Source: the human T2T-CHM13v2.0 reference genome, Homo sapiens. From it: a stretch of 64,000 bases of DNA. Shown in pieces: positions 38,915 through 52,747 of this stretch. The stretch lies in the NCBI RefSeq assembly GCF_009914755.1, contig NC_060928.1; one strand, 5' to 3'. The first letter of the stretch is position 1. Each line of letters starts with the position of its first letter. The notes under the pieces were generated by a model. That model was given only the letters and a program-made list of their open reading frames with translations. It was not told where the DNA came from and did not search any database. Both the position numbers and the translations under genes were made by a program.

Positions 38915-40980
38915 GAGCATCTATGAGTGCATTGTATTTGGTGAAATAAATACAGAAGTAAAGAAGACATTTTTAAAAAATTCCTTCCTCTTAGGGAGCT
39001 TACAGCCTACTTTGGTGAGAAATATAATAAATAAAATAAAATATATGCTATTTATATGATAAGTTATTATGAAGAAAATTAACCCATTGCCATCATAATT
39101 AAACATTTTGGAGGCTGGGGAGCCTTGGCAACTTTAAATAATGTAAAGAGGGTAACTCTCAAAGAGAAATGATGGTGGCACTTGTACAACTACTGGAAGA
39201 AGAAATCCAGATGGATAACAGAAGTAAGCTCCAAATATTTGAGGAGGACAATGATTGGAATATTTGAGAAATGTCAACTGAGCCACTATGGCTGGGCTGT
39301 GATGAGTAAGGATAAAAATAATAGGATATGAGGTCTTAGATATCATGTAAGCTACCTTAAGAACCATGGGTTTAGACTGAATGAGAATAGATATCACTGA
39401 AATTTTTTTGAGATGAAGAGCAACATCATCTTGTTTACGCTTAACAGGAAAACTAGCTTTTGTGCAGAGCAGAGGGTAGGAAAGGGAGACACAAAACCAG
39501 TATAAAGAGCTGTTGGAGAAAGAGAAATAGAAATGAATGATGTTTTGAAACTTGGATGGCAATTGCAGTATTAAAAAACACTGGGTTCTGGGTATATACT
39601 TAAGGAAATAAAATGATTTTATGATAGATTAGAATACAAAAAAGAATGAGTTAGTCATGACTTCAGGTTTTAGGGTTATCTGTGTTTTCAGAAGAAGAGC
39701 CATACATCATTTTGGAAATTTAAATTTTAAGGTAATAATTAAATGTCCAAGTAATATATTAGGTGAGGTTGAGATGGAAATACAAATTTGGAAATTTTCA
39801 TTGAATGAATGGAAACAGGAAGAGAATAGATACATACTAAAACATGTGGAAGGACTAAACCTTCTAGAGTTAGGAGGTTGAGAGATGTTAAGAGAAAAGA
39901 AAAGAAAATAGACAAGCATGGATCAATGAGGCAAAAAGAAAATCAAGAAAATGAGGTGTTCTGAATGCCAGTTTATGAAAGTATTTCTCGGAAGAGAAAG
40001 AGATCAATTCCATCAAATAATGGTGATAAATCAAAACGATTCAAGGATTAACAATTTTGCAAGTTAAAAGTCTTTTGTCACTTTGACAAGAACACTTTCA
40101 GATTCATGGTGGAAACAATAATCTGGTGGCAGTAGATTATGAGGGAAGACTTCATGACAAGAGAGCAATAAAACTCTATATTTGAGTTTTGTGGTAAAAC
40201 AAAACTCAAGAAGTAAATGATCACGGAGAGACACTTAGAGAACAAGGTAGAATCAAGAAAAGGTTTTTTTTTTTTAATTAACATAGGAGAAGCAACATAT
40301 GACTGAATTTATGCTAATGATAATTTTTTTGGTAGAAAGAGGAAAAGAGATGACGCAGGGACAAGCAGATAAAATTGTTGGAGTAATTACATAGTTCTGC
40401 AGGAATGGTACCCTGTGCATAGAGAGGTTTTGCCCTTTTCTAGCACTAAAGTTTATCCATATCATCTAGAGAGAAGGCAGAGTATGTAAGTTCAGATGGG
40501 AGTAAGTGATTAGATGTTGTGGAGGGAACCTCATGAAAATCCTCTTTATATTGCTGGAACTAAAAATAAAAAGAAGACATGGCAGCTTTGAGGGATGAGG
40601 CTAGGGAAAGAAAGCACTAAGTTTTTACTCAGGAGTATCAGAGAGTGAATGGACTGGAGGAAATATAATGGGTAATATTAGATCCATTTGAAAGCATTAG
40701 TAATGCATTTAAAATGAGATAAGGTAACAGAATGTCATGTTAATGTCTAAACGTATTCAATTCGACATGAATTGAACATGAATTGCTGCATCAAGTAGGC
40801 AGAGTTGGATTCAAGAAGAAGAATTGAGGTTGCCCAAATGAGCAGAAAATAATGGGTCTAAGATATTCATGGTTTATGCTTAAGAGTGATTATAATAGCT
40901 GTCTGTCTATGGAATTGAAGCTGTATAAGACAAAATGGGCAAATATGAAGGGGTAAAAGTTAAAGTACAGGTCATAGGAG
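38915..40980 (-). mobile_element. Long L2 fragment
   Basis: Tail 'cattattca...tatttattgagcatc' split by the L1PA; internal 'catgacttcaggttttagg', 'gtcactttgacaagaacactttcag'. Confidence 0.75.
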
Positions 40981-41631
40981 AAAATGATTATGGGTCTACA
41001 AAGGCATGAAGAATTTCCAGTTTCAACTATAATATATAAAACAATTGAAAGTCATCATTCCTACCATTATGAGAAAACACTGGAAAAACATGAAATAAAT
41101 GACTTTTGTTGGATCAATCAAAGAACTGATGTTGCAGAAAGAAACTACCACATCAAAATATTTAGAGACAGGTTCATAGCTAAACCACAGAAGAGATTTG
41201 CCTACCTAGACAGAAACCTTGGAGTCATAAACTTTTGCAATAAAACAACAGAAACTTCGAGGTAAGCCAAAAGACAAAAACACAGTCACAATAGAAAAAT
41301 CACAAAAACAAAACTCAGATACAGCACAGATATTACAGTTATCAGAAACAATAAAAAATAACTTAATAAATAATGTCAAGTGATGTAATAGGAAGGTAAG
41401 CAACGTGGAAAAACAAAAGGATGATGTAAACAGAGAGATGAAAAGTCTAACAGTTAAAAGGAAGAGCTAGAAAACAAAACAAAAAAAGATAACACTATAA
41501 CAGAAATGAAGAACACCTTCAGTGAGTTATTCAGTAAATTTGGCATAGCTAAGGAAAGATTCAGTGAGTATGATGATTTGTTAATAGACACACTGAAATT
41601 GAATGGTAAAGAGGAAAAGGAAGAAAAGAGA

Positions 41632-41642
41632 ACACACACACA

Positions 41643-41676
<34 letters not shown>
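41632..41676. repeat. (CA)n microsatellite
   Basis: Direct reading. Confidence 0.95.
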
Positions 41677-41679
<3 letters not shown>

Positions 41680-42059
41680 CCAGGACAGAAGATTAACAAA
41701 CTATGAGACAATTTCAAAAGATATAATGTATTCATTATCGAATACCAGAAGGAAAAGAGAGAATGGAGTAGAAATATTTAAGGCAATGACAGCCAAGAAC
41801 TTTTCAAAAAATGACAAACCAAAAACCCAAATTAAGAAAGGGATCATCAGGCTGGATAAATATCAACAAACAAACAAAAAACAAACCACACAAACATATG
41901 CACACCCCAAGGCATAGAAAATTCAAACTGTAGGAATCCAAAGACAAAGATAAAATCTTAAAGGAAGCCAGAGGAAAAGATAAAACCATACCTATAGAGG
42001 AAAAGGGATAAAAATTACAGCAGATTTATCCAAAGAAAACATGTGAGAAAAAAAACAGT

Positions 42060-42557
42060 TAAGTAATTTGTACAACTTAATTAAAAATAAGCCAATGAAA
42101 AAACGGTCAAAGGATATGAATAGACATTTTTTCAAAAGAAGACATACAAATGGCCAAAAGGTATATGAAAAAAATGCTCAGCATCAATAATCATCAGGGA
42201 AATGCAAAGCAAAACCACAACAAGATATCACCTCACATGTATTTCAATGGCTATTTTCAAAATGTCAAATGATAACAAGTGTTGGTGAAGGTGTGGAAAA
42301 AGGGAGCCCTTACTTGGTAGGAATGTAAATTGGCATAGCCATTATAGAAAACAGTATGAAGTTTCCTCAGAAAATTAAAAAGATAACTAGTATGTGATCA
42401 AGTAATTTCACTTCTGTTATATATCACAAAATAAATATAATTACTAACTCAAAGAGTTATCTGCATTATCATATTCATTGCAGCATCATTTATAATAGCC
42501 AACATATGACATATGGACACAAACTAAGTGCTAAGGAATGAATGGATAAAGAAAATG

Positions 42558-42588
<31 letters not shown>

Positions 42589-43097
42589 ATGTAATATAAT
42601 TTTTCCTTAAATAGAAGAAAATCCTGATAATTGCAACAAGATGAATCAACCTGATGGACATTATGTTAAGTGAAATAAACCAGGCACATAAAGGCAGATA
42701 CTGCATGATCTCACTTATATGTGAAATATTCAAAAGTCAAACTCATAGAATGAGAGAGTAGAAAATCATTAACAGGAGTAAGGGGGTGAAGAAAATAGTG
42801 AGATGCTGGCCATGTGGTACAAACTTACAGTTATAAGATAAATACGTTCTGAAGACCTAATGTATAGTATGGTAACTATAATTAATGATAATGTATACTT
42901 GAAATTTGCTAATAGAGTAGATCTTAAGTATTCTCACAATTATAAAAAAGGAAACTCTATGAGATGATAAATATGTTAATCAGCTTGATTTTGGTAATTA
43001 TTCCACAATGTATATGTATATTACAACATCACATTGTGCATCTTAAATATATAAAATTATATTTGTCATTTATACCTCAATAAATCTGGGGAAAAAC
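42060..43097 (+). mobile_element. L1MA (MA8/9-like) 3' end nested in the host ORF1
   Basis: 'gtacaaacttacagttataagataaatacgttctgaagacctaatgtatag'; ends 'tatacctcaataaatctggggaaaaa'; (TG)n at about 42560. Confidence 0.85.
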
Positions 43098-43913
43098 AGA
43101 ATATGTTACCTTCTGAATAATATTTATGAGCTTAAGAATTAAAAATGAAGTGAAATATGTATTGTTGAAAGAAAAACCTACCAAGCCAGAATTCCATATC
43201 GACTGAAATTGTTCCTCAAAAGTAAAAGAGAAATTAAAATTTTCTCAGAGAAACAAAAACTGAGGAAATTTATCAACAGCAGACTTGCTCCGCAAAAAAA
43301 GATAAAAAAGTTTTTTTAACAGAAAATAAGAATTTTTAATGTCATGATAAAAATATTAAAGGTAATAGAGAAAAATTTAAAATATTTTCTAAAGAAAGAA
43401 GATAATTAATATGCACCAAAAACAGGACTAAAGAATGGACTAGTATTCAGGATGGAATAAATGAAGGTAAAACAAAATATTTTATAGTGTTGTTTTAAAA
43501 TAGATTAGCTAAAATATATGGAATATATAAATTATAACCATTAAAATATTTATAAAATAAGTATAATTGATAAACTAAAAGATAATATAAAGTGGGATTA
43601 TATAAAAGGTTTCATTAAATTTGGAGAAAGCATGAAAATAAATAAATAAATAAGTAAAACCTCTAGTAATGAATAGAAAACATAAACATTGTTAACATTG
43701 CTTCATACATATCAATAATCCCTTTAAATATGAATTGTCTAAAAATATCAATAAAATAACAAAGATTGTCAGAGTGGATTAAAAAACAAGACTCAACTAT
43801 AGTATGCTGTTTACCACAACCCCACTTTTAACATACAGACTCAGGTAGACTAAAAGTAAAGGGCTGGAGAAAGATATAGCAAGTTGAAACTAATTTTTTA
43901 AATGCTTGAATAG

Positions 43914-44389
43914 CGTGAACCCTGAAAGAGACAGTCCCTCAATCCCTCAAGAGGTATTCTGAGTGGCTAACTGGGCCTAAAATCAAATGACAGGCAAATG
44001 ACCATTTGTTGACAAGAGGTTACACACATGCTCTGAGTTCCTAGAGAACCCACATGCCTCCTTATCTTTGGGACTTTCTTAGCTAGCTGTTTCTATTTAT
44101 GCCACCTGAACCAACCAATAAGCTACGACCTACATTGACTAATCAGAATTTGGCAAACATCAACAAATCAGAGCTCAAAACTATCAACCAATCAGAACTA
44201 AGCAAATTTGAATCTTTCATTTGCATATGGAAACCTACACTGGAGCTTTGTATAAAAGACAGACTCTCCCTTTGTTCACTGGAGCACACTATTGTTTTAC
44301 ACCAAAAGCTGTGTCTCTCTGATTTGCAAATTGTTTACTGAAATAAAGTCTCTTTCTCTAAATTCCTTTTCAGAGAAGTTTTGTTCATA
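43914..44389 (+). mobile_element. MER66-like ERV1 solo LTR
   Basis: (C/T)GTGAAC...GTTCATA termini; 'gagtggctaactgggcctaaa'; repeated CCAATCAG-like boxes, TATAAAA and AATAAA. Confidence 0.75.
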
Positions 44390-46874
44390 GCCAAAATGCA
44401 TGTACATCTAGACACAGATCCTCAAAATATGTGAAACAAAATCTTACAGAGCTAAAGAAAAAAAAGAAAAAAGAAAAACCCACAATTATAATTGAATACT
44501 TAACTCTTTCCTCTCCGTAACTGATAGATCAAGAGCAACAAAATAAATAGGGGTATAGTTGACCTGAAGAGCACTCAAATCAACTTTATCCAATTAATAT
44601 TTACAGAATATTTTATGCAACAACACCACTACATGTATGCTTCTCAAGCTCAGACCATTTGCCCAAAATAGGCTGCATTCTGGGTCATAAAGCACACATT
44701 AACAGAAATAGAAATCATACAAACTATGTTCTATAATCTCATGGATATGAAAAGAATAATAGGGTACTATGAAAAACTCTATGCTCATTATTTGATTATT
44801 CCAATGAAATGGACCAATTACTCAAAAGACATAATTACCAAAAATCACACAAGGGGAAACAGATAACCTAGATAGTGTTATATCTATCTACTAAAGAAAT
44901 TAAGTCAATAATTAACAACTTCCTAAAAAAATCACACAAGGGCTAAATAGTTTCACCTGAAAAATTATATCAATAAATAAAGAAGAAAGTATGTCAAATT
45001 ATGCAAAAAATAAAGAACACTTTCTAACTCATTCATTGAGGTTATTATTAACTCTAATATCAAAACATTGCAAGAAGGAAAACCACATATCAATATCTCT
45101 CATGATGATATATGCAAAATTATCAACAAAATATTACTAAACTTGACCCTTTACATTATAAAAATAATTATACACCATGATACACAATAAAGTTGGATTG
45201 ATTCCAGGTATGCAAGGCTGGGACCCTTTGAAAATCAAACAATGTAATCCACCAAATCAATAGACTACAGAAGAAAACTTATACGATCATATCAATTGTT
45301 TAAAAAAATTAAAATCCCACACTCCCTCATGATTAAAAGAAACCTCCCAGCAAACAAGTAGTAGAAGGAAACTTCCTCAACTTGATAGATAAAACTTACA
45401 CAATATCCACTTCTAACATCATACTTAATGGTGGAAAAATAGAAACTTTCCCAAGGACATTGGGAACAAGGAAAAAATGTAAAAATATTCTCTCTCACAA
45501 TTCTTATTTAACATCATACTGTCAGTCTTGGCTAATACAGTAAGATGAGACAAATACAGTAAGATGAGACACACACATATATATGGATTAAGATGGAAAA
45601 AGTAAAATTGTCTCTATTCACAGATGACATAATTTTCTATGTAGAAAATTCTAAATAACTGAAAAAAAATCTCCTGGAACTAATAATTGAGTAGAGTAAG
45701 GCTATAGGATATAATATTAATACACAAAAGTGATTTTATATTCTATATGCCAGCAATAAACACTTGGCACTTGATTTTAATACTATTTAAAATAATACCA
45801 AAAGTAAAGAAATACCTAGTGATAAGTATAACAGAATATATACAAAATGTGAGTGCAAAAAACCTCCAACCTCTAATGAAAGAAATCAAAGATTGTAAAC
45901 AAATGAAGAGACATTGTTTGTTCATAGATTGAAAGACTTATGTTGTTAAGATGTCAATTCTTTCTAGTTTGTAATATATATTTAACACAATTCCATCCAA
46001 AATGCTGGCAAGCTATTTTGTAGGTATCAACATACCAATTCTAAATTTAAAATAAAATGGCAAAAGACCTAGAATAGCAAATACCATATAGAAGAAAAAG
46101 ACAAAGTTGGAGGTCTTATGCAGCCGATTTTAAGACTTACTATAAGGTTACAATAATCAAGACATTCTGGAATTGATGAAAGAATAGACACATTGGTGAG
46201 GTGGCAAAGAGTAGAACAACTGTAAATATAACAACACAAGTATAATCAACTGCTCTGTGACAATTAAGTAGTGGCACTGATTTCAATGGAGGAAGAATAG
46301 TCTTTTTAACAAAGAGTGAAAACAAATGGTTGTATATTCAAAAAAAAAAGAAAAAAAAACTGGACATAAACCTTTACATTTTATACAAAAATTAATTCAG
46401 ATTGTATTATAGTCCTATATGTGAAATGCAAAACTAACAAAATTTATAAAGAAAACATACTAGAAAAATCTATGTGACCTTGAGTTTGTTGATGAACTTT
46501 TAAAGTAAAATTCCAATAGCATGATTCATGAAGGAAACAAATATTTGTTAAGTTAAACTTTATTAAAATTAAAAAGTTTCGCTTTGCAAAAGACACTGTT
46601 AGTAAAAAGACAAGCACAGATTGGGATAAAATATTTGCAAAACACATATGTAACAAAGAATGTGTATACAAAATACAAATAAACTCATAAAACTCAACAG
46701 TAATAAAAAAAACTGCATGCAAATTTAGAGCACCTTTATTCATAGTTACCAAAAAACTAGAAGCAATCAAGTTGTACTTCAATAAGTGAATGAATAAGCA
46801 AAATGTGGCATATCTTACAGTGGAATATTGTTTTAAAATAAAAAGAAATAAAGTAACATACAGATATGGATAAT

Positions 46875-47825
46875 AGGTTTTGGGGGGAACAGGTGGTGTT
46901 TGTTTACATGAATAAGTTCTTTAGTGGTAATTTCTGAAATTTTGTACCTGAAGTGCAGTGTACACTATACCCAATGTGTAGACTTTTATCCCTCATCACC
47001 TTCCCACCCTTTCCGCTGAGTTTCCAAAGTCCATTGTATTATTCTTATGCCTTTGCATCCTCATAGCTTATCTCCCACTTACAAATGAGAACATAAGATG
47101 TTTGGTTTTACATTCCTAAATTACTTCACTTAAAATAACGGTCTCCAATTCCATCCAGGTTGCTGTGAATGCCATTATTTCATTATTTTTCATGACTGAG
47201 TAGTATTCCATGGTGTATATATGTACCACATTTTCTTTATCTACTTATTGATTGATAGGCATTTGTGCTGGTTTCATAATTTTGCAATTGCAAATTGTAT
47301 GCTATAAACATGCATGTACAAGTATCTTTTTTATATATGACTTCTTTCCCTCTAGGTAGATACCCAGGAGTAGGATTGCTGGATCAAATGGTAGATCTAC
47401 TTTTAGTTCTTGAAGGAATCTCCATAATGTTTTCCATAGTGGTTGTACTAGTTTACATTCCACCAGCAGTATAAAAGTGTTCCCTTTTCACCACATCCAT
47501 GCCAACAACTGTTTTATTTTTTTCTTTTATTATGGCCATTCTTGTAAGAGTGAGGTGGTATCACATTGTGGTTTTGATTCCCTGATAGTGATGTTGAGCA
47601 TTTTTTCATGTTTCTTGGCCATTTGTACATCTTCTTTTGAGAATTGTCTATTCATGTCCTCAACTCACTTTTTTATGGGATTGTTTTTATTCTTGCTCAT
47701 TTGTTTGAGTGCCTTACAGGTTTTGAATAGTAGTCCTTTGTTTGGATGTATAGATTAAAAAGACTTTCTCTCACTCTGTGGGTTGTGTGTTTACTCTGCT
47801 GATATTTCTTTTGCTGTGCAGAAGC
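46875..47825 (-). mobile_element. 5'-truncated L1PB1-like insertion
   Basis: 'ggaacaggtggtgtttg...cttatgcctttgcatcctcatagctta'; TSD TATGGATAAT at 46865-46874 and 47826-47835. Confidence 0.9.
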
Positions 47826-48592
47826 TATGGATAATTTTTAAATGTATATATTAAGTGCAAGAAAAAAGTCCGAAGATGCTAAATATTTTATGATTCCAAT
47901 CATATGACATCCTGGAAAAGATGACACTCTACAGAAGGTAAAAATTGTGGTTGCCAGTTTCAGGGAAAGGGGAGTGGTTGAATAGCTGAAGTACAGGGGA
48001 GTTTCTTAGAGTAGTGAAAGTATTCTCTATGGTATTGATATGGTAAGTTTAAAATTTTAATTATTTGCCAAATCTCATAGACATAACATAAAAGACATAG
48101 TTTAATTTATGCAAATTAAAAAATTATTTAGGAGATTTGGGAAACCCCAAATGGGATGCAGAACGTGACAAGAAAATCTAAGTGGATGACAGAGTTATTA
48201 AACACCTCACTGACGGAGGTAGAGAAATCAGGTTCCGACCTAAGTAACTTTGAAAATGAGTTTAATCTGCAAAACTAAATTCAAAAGGAACTGTATATAA
48301 GGACTGTACTCTAGTTGATTAACATTGTTTCCCATGTGGTGTGGGTAGACAACTCTGAAACCACAATGTAAGTTTACTGAAATCGAACAATTTAGAAAAT
48401 GTACAAAAAATGGTGGGAGCCAGTTTTCTCACTATTGGATTTAGAAGTTACAGATAAACAAGGAGAGAAAGCTAGAATATCTAGGTGGTAATAAATTACG
48501 GTTGATTGCATCAAAATGAACTTATTTTTAGTTTAATACCAGTGCAGATGGTAGAATGCAGAAATATTTACACTATATATATATATTATACA

Positions 48593-48664
48593 TGTGCTTG
48601 ATACTACTAGGGTGTTGTTGCTTCTAGATCTCTCAACACATTGAGGGGATAACATGTATGAATA
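48593..48664 (-). repeat. Inverted copy of 49021-49092
   Basis: 72 bp with 5 mismatches by manual alignment. Confidence 0.95.
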
Positions 48665-48750
48665 CCAACCCATATATATATATATGTGTGTGGGTGTGTG
48701 TATATATATGTGTGTGTGTACATATATATATATATATATATATACACACA

Positions 48751-48992
48751 ACAGATCCACTACAAATAGAACATATTTATTTAAAATACATAAATCAGAT
48801 GTCAGCAAAAATGGCAGAGTAAAGAAGTCCAAGGGTCTGTCTTTCCAAAGAAAGATGAAAAATTGAAGCAAAAACTGTCAGAATCAACTTTGCCAGAACT
48901 ATAGTAAATAATGTATAGCAATCAAGAGAATGATTAATCAAGAAAAATGCAACTTGAAAACATTAGGAAAGAATTGTGGAATTTTTACTTGC
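48751..48992 (+). repeat. Direct copy of 51219-51453
   Basis: About 240 bp, roughly 90% identical by manual alignment; also visible as shared peptides in the ORFs at 48533 and 51184. Confidence 0.95.
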
Positions 48993-50294
48993 ATATATAT
49001 ATTTTCACACATATTATATATATTCACACATATTATCCACTCAATGTATTGAGAGATCTAGAAGCAACAACACCCTTGTAGTATCAAGCACAACCAGTAC
49101 TCAGATCTTAGTTTTAATAGCATGCTTCATTGAAAGGAACTAGTGTTCCTTGGAGAAATGAACTGTGAGAGGAAATGTACGAGATGAGTCTGGAGAATCT
49201 TATAATTCCAGAGAGTGAGAAAGTACTAAAAAAAAAAAAAAAAAAAAAACCAACACAATAACACCCACAATGATGGGTAGGCAAAGAAATACGTAATCTA
49301 ATTTCCAGTTGAAATAATCCCAACGGCTAAAGCTGGAAAAATTTGAGCCACAGAATAACTTAGTACCACATCATAACTCAAAGCATAGATTCTATACCCT
49401 TGAGTTCATACTTATACAAAAATAATTACATTAATAAATAAGTGCAGAGAGAATTGACAATTGTCTTATGAAGAATTCCAAAGAATTCATGTAGATCTCC
49501 CATATTGGCAGCATAGCTTTTTTCTCATTATGTGTGAGTTGCTAGAGTGATTTCCTTCCACAGAATACAATATGGAAAAAGAGAGAAAGAGTAAATTTAC
49601 TGTAGGGAAACTTGCCAAATGCTACCTCAAGCAAGATGATCAAAGTTAATATCAACAGTGATATGTCATGTTCATAGTATATACCCTTTATATGATATGA
49701 AGAGACTGGCACTTTATCTCTGTGGTCTTCCTTCTAAAACCACATAACCTCCATCTAATCATGAGAGAAACATCAGACAAATCCCAACTGAGAGACATTC
49801 TACAAAATACCTGCCTAGTACTCCTGAAAACTGTCAAGGTCTTCAAACATAAGTAGTCTTAGAAACTATCACAGACAAGAGGAGCCTGAGACATAATGCG
49901 TAAATGCAAAGTGGTATCTATGATGGGATCCTAGAACAGAAAAGACAATAGGAAGAAACTATAGAATTCTGAATAAAATATAAACTTTAGTTAATAATAG
50001 TATATCCATATTGGATTCATTAGTTTTGAAACATATACCATACTAATACTACACATTAATAGGTAAAACTGGTGGTAGGATATGTGGTAATTCTCTGTAC
50101 TACCTTCACAATTTCTCCATAAGTTTAAAACCATTCTAAAATGAAAAGATTGTTTTCAAAGATGACATAAGCTTTGTGTAGTTGGTGTGTTTGCAGGAAT
50201 TTGCTGGAAAAACCAGAGATCTCTCTGTTTTGGAGAGAGAGAAAGTGTTATAGAATTTGTAATGACAAAAATCTAGGCTATATAATATGATATG

Positions 50295-50565
50295 TGTATT
50301 AGCTCATTCTCACATTGCTGTAAAGAAATACCTGAGACCGAGTAATTTATAAAGCAAAGAGATTTAATTGGCTCAGAGTTCTGCAGGCTTATACAAGAAG
50401 CATGGCAGCTTGTCCTTCTAGGGAAGCCTCAGGAAGCTTCCACTCATAACAAAAGGCGAAAGGAGAGCAAGGTGTCTCACAGAGTGGGAGCAGGAGAAAA
50501 CAGGGAGCTGCTACACACTTTTAAACAACCAGATCTCTCAAGAACTCACTATCATGAGAACAGCA
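50295..50565 (-). mobile_element. Truncated MST (MSTA-like) LTR
   Basis: 'tgtattag...aaagaaatacctgagac...cacacttttaaacaaccagatctc...gagaacagca'. Confidence 0.85.
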
Positions 50566-50989
50566 TGCATACATTATCAACGAAAAAATTTGAAATAAAT
50601 TTATAAAGAATATATACAGGTAAATCTCTCTGATTTTCAATAAGGGAAAATATAAGTAATATAAACAATAAAACTTGACAACTAGCCTAGAAGATTTTTG
50701 TTAAAACATTAAATTTTGTAAGAAGTTAGAAAAATAATGGATAATGGCCAGATGTAAAGAGGAATGCAAAATGTGCAAATTAACATGAACGGAATTTATT
50801 TTCCTCAGGTTTTTAAATTTAACGTTTGAATGCAAGTATTGCTTTATCTCATATGTGCCAGGAAGTAGCAGCTGAGACTTCATTTTGGTCTAAAAGTTAT
50901 TGGGAAGTGAACAATATCCATAAAAGGGTAAGAAAAGCTCAGCAATCTCATAATTTGAAGGCATGGTATATTCTCAGTTTTCCTGAATT

Positions 50990-51232
50990 TCTGGATTGTC
51001 AGATGTCTTGGCAAAAGGATCAAGTTTTTGTTCGTTTTTACTGACCAATCATTAAATATGAGCACCCCCGCAGTGAGGTATAAACTTAAGACAGATGTTG
51101 TACTTCAGCTGAGAGAAATTTTGAGGAAAGGATTTAGGTCTGACTCATCTGCAGTAAACACCTTGAGATCTGAGAAGTAAGTGTCATGGTTTTGGTGGGA
51201 GCATTTGTGTAACAAACCACAGATCCACTACA
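50990..51232 (-). mobile_element. Possible degraded ERVL LTR end
   Basis: Terminates in 'ccacagatccactaca', like LTR16/33-type ends. Confidence 0.35.
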
Positions 51233-52747
51233 AATAGAACATAGCTATTTAAAATACATAAATCCATGTCAGCAAAGACGGCAGAGTAAAGAAGTCCAAG
51301 AGTCCGTCTTTCCACAGAAAGATGAAAAATTGAAGCAAAAACTGTCAGAATCAACTTTGCTGGAACTATGGTAAAACATAGCAACCAAGAATGCTTAATC
51401 AAGAAAAATACAACTTGAAAACATCAGGAAAGCCTTGTGGCATTTTTACTTGCCCTTGTGTCCCCCCGCCCCACCCCACCTTCTGGCACAATAACAGTCA
51501 TGAAGATGGTAAGCTGTGTCCCTGCTATAGGACACTGGTATCTGGTTCCAGAAGGAACAGACCAGACTTTATTCTCAAAGAACTATGCTTATCTGATCTT
51601 AACTGTCAGGGCTACTTGAAGGACTGCTGCAAGCCCTTACCTTGTGTTGGCTAACTCAAAACTCATTAAGGGCAGAAAAGTGGGAGGCATTCCTCAAAAC
51701 CAACATAAGACAAAGAAACATCCAGCAGCTGCCTATGGCAAAAGATTACAATGTGTCAAACAAGAGGGCAATGAAATCCTGAAGGATAAGCTATGGAGAG
51801 ACTTTTCTTTGGAAAATTAGGTTATTCAAAAAGTGCCTGCATATACGGAGGAAGTTAGAAAGCAATGCACCTACCTAACACAAAATGAATGCTCAGAAAA
51901 GGCCTGAGAAGATCCTGAGATTTCCCTCTGACTTTCTGTAGACTCAAAACAAGTTGGAAATGAGGGCAAACACTAATTTTTAAACAACCTAGTTAAGCAT
52001 TGAAGAAGTGATCCGGCAGAGAGTCAACCTGCAACATGCAAAGATTGGGATAATTTTCTTTTTTTTCTTTCTTTTATTCTTTATTCTCTCTTTCTCCCCA
52101 TCTCTATTTTCTCTCTTTTTCTTCTCCAATTTCTTTGGGGAAGAGGGGCTTTTGAAGGTCAAGCCAATCTCTGAAATCAAAAGCATTGCACAACCTAAAG
52201 AAACAAAAACTTCAGAGGTCATACATAAAAAAAGAAAAAAAAAACTTGGCTTCACCAAAATACATTAAACAAAGAGCTATAGCACACATGAAGCAACGAA
52301 ACACATCCTGGGTAAAGAGAAGGATCTAACTTTTAGATATACCCCCTATAATACTCAATATGTTCAGTCTTCAAACACACACACAAAATGAAGCATGCAA
52401 ATTAAAAAGAAAGTATAGGCTATGCACAAATGACTGCCCCTGAGAAATTGTAGACATTGGACTTACTACACAAAAACTACAATCAACCATACTAAATATG
52501 CTCAAAGAGTAAGGGAAACCACAGATAAAGTAAAATAGAAGAATGATATAAAAACAGTGAATATTAGCAAAGAAAATAAAATTATAAAAAGGAATCAAAT
52601 GAAAATTCTGATACTAAAAGGAGCAATAACTGAAATTTAAAACAGTAGAAATTTTAAGCAGGCAGAAAAACAAATCAGAAAACTTGGAAAATAGGTCAGT
52701 TTAAATTATTCCCTCTGAAAACCTGCAAAAAATGGGTAAAAAATATG

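Larger units (their letters stand above)
41010..50160 (+). mobile_element. Near full-length old L1 (L1MD-like): 5'UTR, ORF1, ORF2 and long 3'UTR, with nested inserts
   Basis: ORF1-like 'aaaatcttaaaggaagccagagg'; ORF2 'ctattcacagatgacataatt'; L1MD-type 3'UTR 'gacctaagtaactttgaaaatgag', 'catcagacaaatcccaactgagagacattctac'. Confidence 0.8.

Noticed and set aside
45534-45571. 19-bp direct repeat AATACAGTAAGATGAGACA x2 (and similar duplications at 16175 and 25317)
   Set aside because: Ordinary slippage duplications with no spacers; not a CRISPR-like array
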